Part shown: positions 1 to 11,320 of the stretch, piece by piece
How the letters are laid out: each line of letters opens with the position of its first letter
Position numbering within the stretch: position 1 is the first letter of the stretch
Assembly: GCA_037446135.1 (NCBI GenBank)
Contig: JBBIJD010000014.1
Coordinates: 1 to 28,271 of the forward strand
Direction of reading: 5' to 3'
Length of the DNA: 28,271 nt
Source: Candidatus Fraserbacteria bacterium
GTDB taxonomy: Bacteria > Bipolaricaulota > Bipolaricaulia > RBG-16-55-9 > JANLFV01
The notes under the pieces: generated by a model
The model's database searches: none
Seen by the model: the letters and a program-made list of their open reading frames with translations, nothing else
Told to the model about the DNA's origin: nothing
Made by a program: the position numbers and the translations under genes

Positions 1-780
1 GCGATCAGCATCCATGTCATCTATCACGGGACTCTGGAGCAGATGCGAAAGGCGATCAGCGAACTTTACCGTGTCCTGCGCCCCGACGGGCTGGCCTTAC
101 TGACCTTCCAGTCCAGACGGAGCTATCGCTACGGTCAGGGACGGGAGCTCGAGCCCCACACCTTCATCCCCGACATCGGGGCCGACGCCGGCCTGCCCCA
201 TCATTTCAGCGACCTCTGCGAGCTGGAGGAGGTGCTCGAGCGGTTCATCGTCCGCGAGATCAGGCTGGTGGAGCAGGTCCATGAGGACGGGAGGCGCTCC
301 AGCCACTGGGAGGTCCTGATCGAGAAGCCAACGCCGCCCCGCGGGGGTCCTGGCGATCCCCATCGAGCGGGAGAGGTTATGGTCCGCCCCGCTGAGCGGG
401 AGGAGTTTGAGGAGTTCGCCGCTCAGGAGTGGCGAAGCTACAATGAGGAGGTCGGGGTAGTCTGGGACTCCCGTCGGTATTATCTCTTGGCCGAGCTGGA
501 AGGTTGTCCGGTGGGGCTCGCGGCCTTCCACATCGTCGGCGGGGTGGGGCATCTCGATCAGCTCCTGGTGGCTAAGGCTCACCGGGGGCGAGGGATCGGC
601 TCGCGGCTCCTCGAGGAGTTCGAGCGGCTCGGCCGGGAAGAAGGCTGTCATAAGCTGACTTTAGAGACGGCGGAATACCAAGCCAAAGGGTTCTACGAGC
701 GCCACGGCTTCAAAGTCGTGTGCACCCTGGGGGATAACAAGTTCCACCGCGATTGGCACCTCTTGGAGAAGGCTTTGTGA
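1..780 (+). CDS. Class I SAM-dependent methyltransferase (5'-truncated) fused to GNAT acetyltransferase
   Basis: Frame open from base 1 (AISIHVIYHG...ELYRVLRPDG, MTase C-terminal motif); second half has GNAT motif A (VAKAHRGRGIGSRLL) and 'AKGFYERHGF'. Confidence 0.8.
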   Translation, partial: AISIHVIYHGTLEQMRKAISELYRVLRPDGLALLTFQSRRSYRYGQGRELEPHTFIPDIGADAGLPHHFSDLCELEEVLERFIVREIRLVEQVHEDGRRSSHWEVLIEKPTPPRGGPGDPHRAGEVMVRPAEREEFEEFAAQEWRSYNEEVGVVWDSRRYYLLAELEGCPVGLAAFHIVGGVGHLDQLLVAKAHRGRGIGSRLLEEFERLGREEGCHKLTLETAEYQAKGFYERHGFKVVCTLGDNKFHRDWHLLEKAL

Positions 781-1484
781 AGATGCTCAAGGCGATCTTG
801 ATCGATGTCGGCGGCCCGCTGGTCGATGAGGACGACTTCTTTCGCCAGGCCGACCGGCTGATCCTGGAGGAGCTGGCCCAAGCCGGAAGGACGGTGACCG
901 CGGAGGAGTATGCGCGGGTCCTGCGGGATTACACCGTGCGTTGCTCCCCGAACCCCAGAGGGATGGCCCTCTGGCACTTCCTCCGGCCGGACCTCGCGGG
1001 ATTCAAGAGGGGTCGGGAGGCCCTCAGAAGAGCGATAGAGGAGTGGGAGGCCACCCGGACCCGCCCGGGAGCGGGGGAGGCCCTGGCCGAGCTGGCCGGA
1101 AGATATAAACTGGCCTTGGCAGGGAACCAGCGGGCCAAGGTGAAGGAACTCCTTCGGAGGGAGGGTATCTTAGGATACTTCTCCTTCGGGCTCGTCTCGG
1201 AGGAGATGGGCGTAACCAAGCCCGATCCCCTCTTCTTCCGAATGATCCTCGACTCACTGGAGGCCGGCCTCAGGCCCGAGGAGGCCGTGATGGTCGGGGA
1301 CCGGCTCGACCTCGACATCTTCCCGGCGAAGCTCCTCGGGCTGAAGACCGTCCGGGTGCTGGTCGGACCCTATGCCCAGCAGGAGCCACCGACCCCATTC
1401 CATGAGCCGGACCTTACGATCGGCTCGCTCGCCGAACTCCCCAAAGCCTTAGCCCGCCTGGAGGGCCCATCGGCTATGCCCTAG
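777..1484 (+). CDS. HAD-superfamily hydrolase (subfamily IA)
   Basis: Motif I 'ILIDVGGPL', 'KPDP', motif IV 'MVGDRLDLDI'; GTG at 777 overlaps upstream TGA (GTGA) with GGAG at 765-768. Confidence 0.85.
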   Translation: MKMLKAILIDVGGPLVDEDDFFRQADRLILEELAQAGRTVTAEEYARVLRDYTVRCSPNPRGMALWHFLRPDLAGFKRGREALRRAIEEWEATRTRPGAGEALAELAGRYKLALAGNQRAKVKELLRREGILGYFSFGLVSEEMGVTKPDPLFFRMILDSLEAGLRPEEAVMVGDRLDLDIFPAKLLGLKTVRVLVGPYAQQEPPTPFHEPDLTIGSLAELPKALARLEGPSAMP

Positions 1485-1521
1485 TAGAGTTACAAGCTTC
1501 CGGAGTCCGGCCTCTTCGGGC

Positions 1522-4277
<2,756 letters not shown>

Positions 4278-4397
4278 TTGTGATAGCTCCTCTGCTAGCC
4301 GCCGAAGTGAGTCTGCCGGTCTCTCTATTTAACAAAGTCCGCGATGGAATGCAAGCCAAACCACAGGGCGAGGGCGGTGGCCCCCAAGCCCCTGGGG

Positions 4398-4426
4398 TTG
4401 CCCGCTTTTTGGTCCGGCGGTATAAT
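4398..4426 (+). promoter_or_regulatory. sigma70-type promoter of DUF438-fprA operon
   Basis: TTGCCC(4398-4403)-17 nt-TATAAT(4421-4426), followed by GGAGGAG SD and ATG 4455. Confidence 0.75.
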
Positions 4427-4438
4427 TAGCCAAGCTAA
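4426..4438. promoter_or_regulatory. Putative operator TTAGC-N3-GCTAA (copy 1)
   Basis: TTAGC-CAA-GCTAA starting at last base of the -10; same motif at same offset at 19295-19307. Confidence 0.55.
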
Positions 4439-4454
4439 GGAATGGAGGAGCCCG

Positions 4455-5642
4455 ATGAATGGAGTATCGAGCAAGAGCGACAGGAAGGCGGCCCTCAAGA
4501 GCCTCATCAAACGGCTCCATGGGGGCGAGCCCCCGGAGCGGTTGAAGCGGGAGTTTGCGACCTTGATCGCGGACCTTTCGGCGGAAGAGCTGGCAAAGGC
4601 CGAGGAGGAGCTGATCAAAGAAGGTCTGCCGCGAGAGGAGGTCCAACGGCTCTGTGATCTCCACCTCGCCCTCTTCAAGGAGGGGCTGGAGAGGCCGAAG
4701 CCCGAGCTCCCACGGGGCCATCCGCTCCAGATCCTGATGGCGGAGCATGAGCTGCTCCTGGGATTCGCTACAGAGTTGAAGGGCCTCGTCCGAGAGATGA
4801 AGGAGGGGAAAGGCCCGGATAGGGCCAGGCTGCGGGAGATTGTGCAGCACCTTCTGGAGGCGGAGAGCCACTACAAGCGGGAGGAGAATGTCCTCTTCCC
4901 TTACTTGGAAAAGCACGGGATCACCGAGCCCCCGGCGATCATGTGGATGGAGCACGACCAGCTCCGGGGGCTGAAGCGGGAGCTCTCCCAGCTCGTCATC
5001 GAGCCTGAGCGCGCGGCCGGACTGGAAGAGAAGGCCGCGGCCTTGAACGGGATGCTCTCGGGCCACATCTACAAGGAGAATAACATCCTCTTCCCCATGG
5101 CCCTAAGAGTCATCACTGCGGAGGAATGGCCCTCCATCCGAGAGGAGTTCGATGAGCTGGGCTACTGCTGTTTTACCCCAGAGCCGGGGGAGTTCGCCCG
5201 CAAGCCCAAGGCCCAAGCCGAGGCTGAGGTGCGAGCCGCGCCCGGGCTGATCCCCTTCGCGACCGGGAGCTTATCCCAAGAGGAGCTCCAGGCCCTCCTC
5301 GATGCCCTCCCGGTGGAGATCACCTTCGTCGATAAGGAGGATACGGTCCGCTACTTCAACCAGCCTAAAGAGCGGATCTTCACCCGGACGAAGGCCGTCC
5401 TCGGGCGGAAGGTCCAGCAGTGCCACCCCCAGAAGAGCCTCCATTTGGTCAATCAGATCCTGGAGGGCTTCCGCAGCGGCAAGCGGGAGGTGGCCGAATT
5501 TTGGATCGATCGCCAAGGCCGGCTAATCTATATCCGTTACTTCCCGGTCCGGGACCGGGAGGGGAGGTATCTCGGCTCCCTGGAGGTGACCCAGGACATC
5601 ACCGAGATCAAGGGGATCGAAGGGGAGAAAAGACTACTATGA
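4455..5642 (+). CDS. DUF438 / hemerythrin-like / PAS domain protein
   Basis: N-terminal 'EVQRLCDLH' (DUF438), hemerythrin HHE motifs 'HYKREENVLFP' and 'HIYKENNILFP', C-terminal PAS_10-like 'EITFVD...CHP...LEVTQDIT'. Confidence 0.9.
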   Translation: MNGVSSKSDRKAALKSLIKRLHGGEPPERLKREFATLIADLSAEELAKAEEELIKEGLPREEVQRLCDLHLALFKEGLERPKPELPRGHPLQILMAEHELLLGFATELKGLVREMKEGKGPDRARLREIVQHLLEAESHYKREENVLFPYLEKHGITEPPAIMWMEHDQLRGLKRELSQLVIEPERAAGLEEKAAALNGMLSGHIYKENNILFPMALRVITAEEWPSIREEFDELGYCCFTPEPGEFARKPKAQAEAEVRAAPGLIPFATGSLSQEELQALLDALPVEITFVDKEDTVRYFNQPKERIFTRTKAVLGRKVQQCHPQKSLHLVNQILEGFRSGKREVAEFWIDRQGRLIYIRYFPVRDREGRYLGSLEVTQDITEIKGIEGEKRLL

Positions 5643-6814
5643 GACTGCGAGAGATCCAAGATGGGGTCTTCTGGCTGGGGGCCATCGACTGGGACCGAAG
5701 GCTCTTCGACTCCCTCATCCCGCTCCCCGACGGGACGAGCTACAATGCTTACCTCATCAAGGGGAACGAGAAGACGGCCCTACTCGATAGCGTCGATCCG
5801 CGGCTGAGCCAGGTCCTGCTCGCCCAACTCGAGGATGTGAAGGCCATCGACTATCTCATCTCTCACCATGCCGAGCCGGACCACTCTGGGACGATCCCTA
5901 AGGTGCTCGAGCGTTACCCCAAGGCTAAGGTCGTGACCACCCCCAAGGGGAAGGGGATGCTCATCGACCTCTTCGCCATCCCCGAGGAGCGGTTCATGAC
6001 CGTCGAGGACGGTGAAACCCTTGCATTGGGGGCCAAGACCTTAAGGTTCATCCATCTCCCCTGGGTCCACTGGCCGGAGACGATGGTGAGCTATCTAGAA
6101 GAGGCTCGCCTCCTCTTCACCTGCGACCTCTTCGGCTCGCATCTCGCTACAACGGATCTCTATGCCGATGAGGGGCGGGTCTACGAGCCGGCCAAGCGCT
6201 ACTACGCCGAGATCATGATGCCCTTCCGGACGGTGATCGCGCAGCATTTGGAGAGATTGAAGGGCTATGAGATAACTCTCATCGCCCCCAGCCACGGCCC
6301 ACTGTATAAGAGGCCGGAGTTCATCCTCGAGGCCTATCGCGACTGGGTCGCCGGTCCGCCGAAGAACCTCGTCGTCATCGCCTATGTCTCGATGTGGGGG
6401 AGCACCCAAAGGATGGTCGAGCGCCTCCTCGAGGCCCTGACGGAGCGGGGAGTGAAGGTCGAGCGGTTCGACCTGGCCGTGGCCGATGTGGGGAAGCTGG
6501 CGATGGCACTGGTCGATGCGGCCACCGTCGTGATCGGGACCCCCACGGTCCTGGGCGGACCCCATCCCCTCGCGGCCCATGCCGCTTATCTCGCCAATGC
6601 CCTCCGGCCTAAGGCAAGGTTCGCCTCAGTGATCGGCTCATTCGGCTGGGGCGGGAAGGCCGTGGAGCAGCTCGCCGGGATGCTCTCGAACCTCAAGGTC
6701 GAGCTCCTCGAGCCGGTGATCTGCAAGGGTTCTCCGAGGGAGGCCGACCTCCAGGCCCTGGACAAGCTGGCGGAGACGATCGCTGAGAGGCATCGCGGCC
6801 TGGTCTTGGCCTAG
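5639..6814 (+). CDS. fprA: Flavodiiron protein (FprA family O2/NO reductase)
   Basis: 'GTSYNAYLI', 'HAEPDHSG', 'HWPE', 'PSHG', C-terminal flavodoxin 'SMWGST' and 'GSFGWGG'; ATGA overlap with upstream gene. Confidence 0.93.
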   Translation: MRLREIQDGVFWLGAIDWDRRLFDSLIPLPDGTSYNAYLIKGNEKTALLDSVDPRLSQVLLAQLEDVKAIDYLISHHAEPDHSGTIPKVLERYPKAKVVTTPKGKGMLIDLFAIPEERFMTVEDGETLALGAKTLRFIHLPWVHWPETMVSYLEEARLLFTCDLFGSHLATTDLYADEGRVYEPAKRYYAEIMMPFRTVIAQHLERLKGYEITLIAPSHGPLYKRPEFILEAYRDWVAGPPKNLVVIAYVSMWGSTQRMVERLLEALTERGVKVERFDLAVADVGKLAMALVDAATVVIGTPTVLGGPHPLAAHAAYLANALRPKARFASVIGSFGWGGKAVEQLAGMLSNLKVELLEPVICKGSPREADLQALDKLAETIAERHRGLVLA

Positions 6815-6856
6815 TCTAGCGCCGGCTCGGACGAGACGAGAGACGAGGAGGAAGGG

Positions 6857-7438
6857 ATGGGAGAAGCTCGCTTCCAGGAATTGCGGGAATACCGGGGAGA
6901 GCGGCTCGGCTCGATCGCGGACTTCCGGGAGAACTCGATCAAGGGGGTCCAGGAGATCGATCTCGGGCAATACAAGCTGGCCATCACCGGGCTGGTCGAG
7001 AATCCCCGCTCCTTCAGCTACACGGAACTGGCCAATTTGCCCCGACAGGAGCGGCTCGTGACCGTAGACTGCGTCGAGGGCTGGTCGGTCAAGGCCCTCT
7101 GGGAGGGGATACCCTTAAGAGAACTCTTCGCACTAGTCAGACCGAAGCCGGGGGCAAATACCGTTATCTTCTACTCCCAGGACGGCTACAGCACCTCCCT
7201 GGCACTGGACTACCTCCTGGAGAAGGACATTATCCTCGCCGACCGGATCAACGGGCTCCCGCTCCCGCCGGCCCTGGGGGCCCCTTTCATCCTGGTGGCC
7301 GAGGGGAAATGGGGCTATAAGTGGGCCCGGTGGATCACCAGGATCGAGCTCTCCGCTAACCCCGATTTCCGCGGCTTCTGGGAGAGCCGAGGCTATAATA
7401 ACCTCGGGGACGCTGATGGGCCGATGTTCGAGGGATGA
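6857..7438 (+). CDS. Molybdopterin-dependent oxidoreductase (sulfite oxidase/MsrP-like Mo-binding domain)
   Basis: 'DCVEGWS' Mo-ligand Cys, 'DGYSTSL', 'GYKWARWI', 'GFWESRGY'; GAGGAGG SD upstream. Confidence 0.88.
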   Translation: MGEARFQELREYRGERLGSIADFRENSIKGVQEIDLGQYKLAITGLVENPRSFSYTELANLPRQERLVTVDCVEGWSVKALWEGIPLRELFALVRPKPGANTVIFYSQDGYSTSLALDYLLEKDIILADRINGLPLPPALGAPFILVAEGKWGYKWARWITRIELSANPDFRGFWESRGYNNLGDADGPMFEG

Positions 7439-7446
7439 TCTGATCA

Positions 7447-7486
7447 TTCCCCTCATCCGACCCTTCTCCCCTCAAGGGAGGGGGAA
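7447..7486. repeat. Intergenic GC-rich hairpin (REP-like or terminator-like)
   Basis: CCCCTCATCCGACCCTTCTCCC-CTCAA-GGGAGGGGG; pyrimidine arm pairs with purine arm (with G-U pairs). Confidence 0.4.
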
Positions 7487-7507
7487 CGAAATTAAAAGGA
7501 GGTCCCG

Positions 7508-8512
7508 ATGAGGCTGTTCCATAGGTTGGAGGATCTTGAGCTCCCGGCCCACGATGGCGGGAGGGTCCGGCTCGACGACTACCTCAGGCGGTATCTCGTC
7601 TTGTATTTCTACCCCAAGGCCGGCTCGCCGGGGTGCACCCGCGAGGCAAAGGAGTTCTCGGAAAGACTGAAGGAGTTCGAGGAGCTGGATGCGACCGTCT
7701 TGGGGATCTCTCCGGATAAGCCGGAGACTCAGGCCAAGTTCGTCGAGGCTAAGGGGCTGAAGATAAGGATGCTCGCCGATCCCGAGCTTCGGCTGGCCCG
7801 ACAGTTGGGGGCAGTGAACGACCGAGGAGGGCTGGTCCGCTCGACCTTCCTCTTCGATCGGGCCGGGGCCTTAAGGTGGCGCTGGCCGAAGGTCGTCAAG
7901 GTCGAGGGCCATGGCGAGGAGGTCCTGGAGGTATTAAGGGACCTCTACGCTGCCGATTTGGAGCTCAACCCCCTCATCGCCACAAGGCGGGCCTGGCGGG
8001 CGATCTCGAGCGAGCCGCTCCCAAAGGAGGCGATCACCAGGCTCATCGAGGCGGCCCATCTCGCGCCCTCATGCTTCAACAACCAGCCCTGGCGGTTCGT
8101 CGTCGCTACCGGCGAGAAGCTGGCAGCGGTGAAGGAGGCCCTCCCCGGAGGGAACTACTGGGCCAAGCCGGCCCCGGCGATCATCGCCGTCGCCTCCCAT
8201 CGCGACCTGGACTGCAAGTTGAGCGACAATCGCGACTACTTCCTCTTCGGCTGCGGGCTGGCGGTGGGGAACCTCATGGTCCAGGCCACCCAGATGGGAC
8301 TGATCGCCCACCCGATCGCCGGGTATGACCCCTTGAAGGTGAAGGAGGCCCTGGGGCTCCCGAGAGATTACATCCTCATCACCCTTATAGTCGTCGGCCG
8401 GCCTGGAGATGTCAACACCTTGAGTGAGAAGCACCGAGAGATCGAGCTTTCCCCCCGGGAGCGGAAGCCGCTCGAGGAGGTCCTGGCCTGGGAAAGGTTC
8501 GCTCCCAAGTAA
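7508..8512 (+). CDS. Peroxiredoxin (BCP/PrxQ)-nitroreductase fusion
   Basis: N-half 'YFYPKAGSPGCTREA' (BCP active site); C-half 'RRAWR', 'APSCFNNQPWRF' (nitroreductase); single ORF with AGGAGGT SD. Confidence 0.9.
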   Translation: MRLFHRLEDLELPAHDGGRVRLDDYLRRYLVLYFYPKAGSPGCTREAKEFSERLKEFEELDATVLGISPDKPETQAKFVEAKGLKIRMLADPELRLARQLGAVNDRGGLVRSTFLFDRAGALRWRWPKVVKVEGHGEEVLEVLRDLYAADLELNPLIATRRAWRAISSEPLPKEAITRLIEAAHLAPSCFNNQPWRFVVATGEKLAAVKEALPGGNYWAKPAPAIIAVASHRDLDCKLSDNRDYFLFGCGLAVGNLMVQATQMGLIAHPIAGYDPLKVKEALGLPRDYILITLIVVGRPGDVNTLSEKHREIELSPRERKPLEEVLAWERFAPK

Positions 8513-8526
8513 CCCCCTGCGGGCAT

Positions 8527-8556
8527 TTGCTCCCCCGCGGCTGGCCGGGCTATACT
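8527..8556 (+). promoter_or_regulatory. sigma70-type promoter of tdk operon
   Basis: TTGCTC-18 nt-TATACT in intergenic region. Confidence 0.55.
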
Positions 8557-8598
8557 GACCTGGGACAGGCAGTTAGAGAGCCCTAAGGGGGTGAGAGA

Positions 8599-9198
8599 GT
8601 GGCGTGGGGGAGCCTTGAGGTCATTACCGGTCCGATGTTCTCCCGCAAGACGGAGGAGTTGCTCTGGCGGCTCGAGCAGGTCCGGCTGGCAGGGCAGAAG
8701 GCCCTCCTCTTCAAGCCGGTGATCGATACCCGCTACGCCAAGGATGCGGTCGTGACCCACGACGGCCGGGAGGTCAAGGCCCACCTCCTCCAGCCCGGGG
8801 AGGAGTCGCTCGCGAAACTCGAGGAGATCGTCGGGGAAGCGGCCCTCCGCGAGGCGGCCGTAGTGGCCTTCGATGAGGGGAACTTCTTCTCGGAGCGGCT
8901 CCCTCAGCTCTGCGAGGAGCTTGTGGCCCTGGGGAAGCGAGTGATCGTGGCCGGACTGGACTTAACCTATGCCGGGGAGCCGTTCGGGCCGATGCCGACG
9001 CTCCTGGCCCTCGCGGATAAGGTGGAGAAACGGACCGCGATCTGCACCCGCTGCGGGGGGTTCGCGACCCGGACCCAGAGGCTGATCGACGGTAAGCCGG
9101 CCCCATTGAATGGGCCGGTGATCAAGGTCGGGGGGGCCGAAGCCTATGCCCCCCGTTGCCGCCGGTGCTATGCTGAAGAACGAGCCGAAGGCTGCTAG
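8599..9198 (+). CDS. tdk: Thymidine kinase (TK1-like)
   Basis: 'GPMFSRKTEEL', 'FKPVIDTRY', 'FDEGNFF', 'VAGLD', Zn CxxC pairs (CTRC/CRRC), lasso 'IKVGGAEAY'. Confidence 0.93.
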   Translation: MAWGSLEVITGPMFSRKTEELLWRLEQVRLAGQKALLFKPVIDTRYAKDAVVTHDGREVKAHLLQPGEESLAKLEEIVGEAALREAAVVAFDEGNFFSERLPQLCEELVALGKRVIVAGLDLTYAGEPFGPMPTLLALADKVEKRTAICTRCGGFATRTQRLIDGKPAPLNGPVIKVGGAEAYAPRCRRCYAEERAEGC

Positions 9199-9814
9199 GA
9201 CTATCATCGCCTTAGAGGGGAACATCGGGGCGGGGAAGAGCACCGTCGGGGAGCGGCTCCGGGGAAGCGGGCTCTTCGACTTCCTCGAGGAGCCTCTTCC
9301 CCTGTGGCGTGAGGGCTTCACGGCCAACCTCCTCCAGCGGATGTATGCCGACATGGCGAGATGGGCCTTCACTTTCCAGATCATGGCCTTCGTCACACGG
9401 GTCAAGACCTGGCAGGAGATCCTCAGCCGGACCGACCATCCGCGAGTCGTCCTCGAGAGATCGGTCTTCACTGACCGGCATGTCTTCGCCGCCAACCTCC
9501 ACCGCTTGGGCGCGATCAGCGATGTGGAGTGGGAGCTCTACTGCGGCTTGTGGGACTTCCTCGTCAGCAACTACTGCGTCCAGCCGGATCATATCCTCTA
9601 CCTCCGCACGCCGGTCGAAGTCTGTCTCGAGCGGATCCGGGCAAGGGGCCGAGAGGAAGAGAAGAGCATCACCCTCGAATACCTCCGCCAGCTCGAGGAG
9701 CTCCACGATCACTGGCTGCTCCACGATCCCCGGGCCATCGTCCTCGATGGGACCCACTATTGGCGGCCGGAGGAGGTCCTCGAGCTGATCGAGGCCCCAG
9801 CGAGGCGGAAATGA
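9170..9814 (+). CDS. Deoxynucleoside kinase (dCK/dGK family)
   Basis: 'EGNIGAGKST', 'ERSVFTDRHVF', lid 'RIRARGREEE'. Confidence 0.92.
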   Translation: MLKNEPKAARTIIALEGNIGAGKSTVGERLRGSGLFDFLEEPLPLWREGFTANLLQRMYADMARWAFTFQIMAFVTRVKTWQEILSRTDHPRVVLERSVFTDRHVFAANLHRLGAISDVEWELYCGLWDFLVSNYCVQPDHILYLRTPVEVCLERIRARGREEEKSITLEYLRQLEELHDHWLLHDPRAIVLDGTHYWRPEEVLELIEAPARRK

Positions 9815-10545
9815 AGGCCTTAGCCCTCAATAGTAGCCCGAAGATGGAGAAGGGCGGGACAGCCCTGATCCTCAACCCCTTCCTCGAGGGGCTGGAGGAG
9901 GCCGGCGCGGAGATCGAGCTCCTCTATGTCCATAAGCTGCACATCGAGCCCTGCCTTGGGGACTTCGGCTGCTGGTTCAAAACCCCAGGCCACTGTGTCC
10001 AGCAAGACGACATGGCTTGGGTCCTCCCCAAGCTCGAGGCGGCCGACCTGCTCGTCCTCGCCACCCCGGTCTTCGTCGATGGGATGACCTCGACGATGAA
10101 GCGGCTGATCGAGCGCTGCCTTCCCCTGATGGAGCCGTTCTTCGAGATAAGGGACGGCCACTGCCGCCATCCCCGGCGCAACAAGCCGAGATCACAGAAG
10201 GTCGTCTTAGTCTCGGTCTGCGGCTTCACGGAGCTGGATAACTTCGGGCCGCTCTTGGCCCACATGAAAGCCATCTGCCGGAACCTGGGGGCCGAGTTCG
10301 CCGGGGCCCTCTTGCGCCCCTACGCCGCGGCCTTGCCACGGCTGGGGAGGATGGGCCTCCCTGTGGACCAGGTCTTCAAAGCGGCCAGGGAGGCCGGCCG
10401 CCAGCTCGCCCGCGAGGGCCGGATGCAAGAGGAGACCCTCGCGGCAGTGAGCCGGGAGCTCCTCCCCCGGGAAGAGTATCTCCAGGGGGTCAATGCCCAT
10501 TTCAAGCGGGCACTGGAGAGGCTTCAGGCCCCCCGGGACCGCTGA
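9811..10545 (+). CDS. Flavodoxin-fold FMN reductase / iron-sulfur flavoprotein-like protein
   Basis: 'ALNSSPK', 'CLGDFGCWFKTPGHC', 'DDM', 'LATPVF'; ATGA overlap with dNK. Confidence 0.85.
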   Translation: MKALALNSSPKMEKGGTALILNPFLEGLEEAGAEIELLYVHKLHIEPCLGDFGCWFKTPGHCVQQDDMAWVLPKLEAADLLVLATPVFVDGMTSTMKRLIERCLPLMEPFFEIRDGHCRHPRRNKPRSQKVVLVSVCGFTELDNFGPLLAHMKAICRNLGAEFAGALLRPYAAALPRLGRMGLPVDQVFKAAREAGRQLAREGRMQEETLAAVSRELLPREEYLQGVNAHFKRALERLQAPRDR

Positions 10546-11198
10546 ACCTCCCGGAGGAGGGCCTCCAACGATACCTCTGCTAAGGAGTCGAGCCGCATGT
10601 CCGCCCCATCGAGCGGGAGCCGCTTCGTGAGGGGATTCGGGACCGCCACGCAGAAGAGCCCGGCCCGCCGAGCTGCGAGGATCCCGTTCGGGGAGTCCTC
10701 CAGCGCGAGCGCCTCCTCCGGAAGGAGCCCCAGCTCCGCCAGGACGGCCCGGTAGAGGTCAGGCTCCGGCTTGGCCCGGCCCACGCCCACATCTTCGGCG
10801 CACTTGATCGAGTCGAACTCCCCCTCCAGCCCGAGCCGCCCAAGATGTTCCATCACCCAGGCCCGGGAGGAGCTCGAGGCCAGTCCCAGCTTGAGCTCGA
10901 GCCTCCTAGCCTCGGCGAGGTAGTCCCTCACACCCGGGAGGAGCCCCTGCTGAGAAATCAGCTCGAGCTCCCGTTGCCTTCGCCTTGCGGCCAGGGCCGC
11001 ACGCTCGACCTTCCGGCCGAGCCGGCCCTCGAGGTAGCCCAGGACATCGAACTCCCGTGAGGTCCCGATGCAGGCGGCCCAGACCTCTAGCGGGAGAGGG
11101 CAGCCGTGCTCGAGGCAGATCTCCTCCCAGGCGCGGAAGACCGGGAGCTCCGTGTCCAGGATCAGCCCATCGAAGTCGAAGATCAGTGCGCGGATCAT
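10524..11198 (-). CDS. HAD-family phosphatase (beta-PGM/CbbY-like)
   Basis: 'FDFDGLILDTE', 'ASSS', 'KPEPD', 'LEDSPNG'. Confidence 0.92.
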   Translation of the reverse strand: MIRALIFDFDGLILDTELPVFRAWEEICLEHGCPLPLEVWAACIGTSREFDVLGYLEGRLGRKVERAALAARRRQRELELISQQGLLPGVRDYLAEARRLELKLGLASSSSRAWVMEHLGRLGLEGEFDSIKCAEDVGVGRAKPEPDLYRAVLAELGLLPEEALALEDSPNGILAARRAGLFCVAVPNPLTKRLPLDGADMRLDSLAEVSLEALLREVQRSRGA

Positions 11199-11239
11199 TC
11201 TCGCCCTCCAGGATCTCGTGCCATGAAGAGCCTGAGGGC

Positions 11240-11268
11240 ATTATCGGGATAGCCGAGTCATTCCGCAA
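11240..11268 (-). promoter_or_regulatory. Putative promoter of HAD phosphatase
   Basis: Minus strand TTGCGG-17 nt-GATAAT. Confidence 0.4.
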
Positions 11269-11320
11269 GGGTGCTGGTGGGACAACTCTACTCCCCCTCT
11301 GAGCGCGCTAAGAAGCAGAG

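Noticed and set aside
4426..4438. TTAGC...GCTAA as a CIRCE element
   Set aside because: CIRCE is TTAGCACTC-N9-GAGTGCTAA; spacing and inner bases do not match.
5420..5638. N-terminal extensions in the ORF track (also 753, 4344, 9529, 22965 and the 2979 proS start)
   Set aside because: They overlap upstream genes or promoters; coupled starts with SD and family-typical N-termini lie downstream.
6812..6856. fprA TAG in frame with the Mo-enzyme ORF (possible read-through or pyrrolysine fusion) and GACGAG microrepeats
   Set aside because: The downstream gene has its own strong SD, in-frame arrangement has a one-in-three chance, and no recoding signal is evident.
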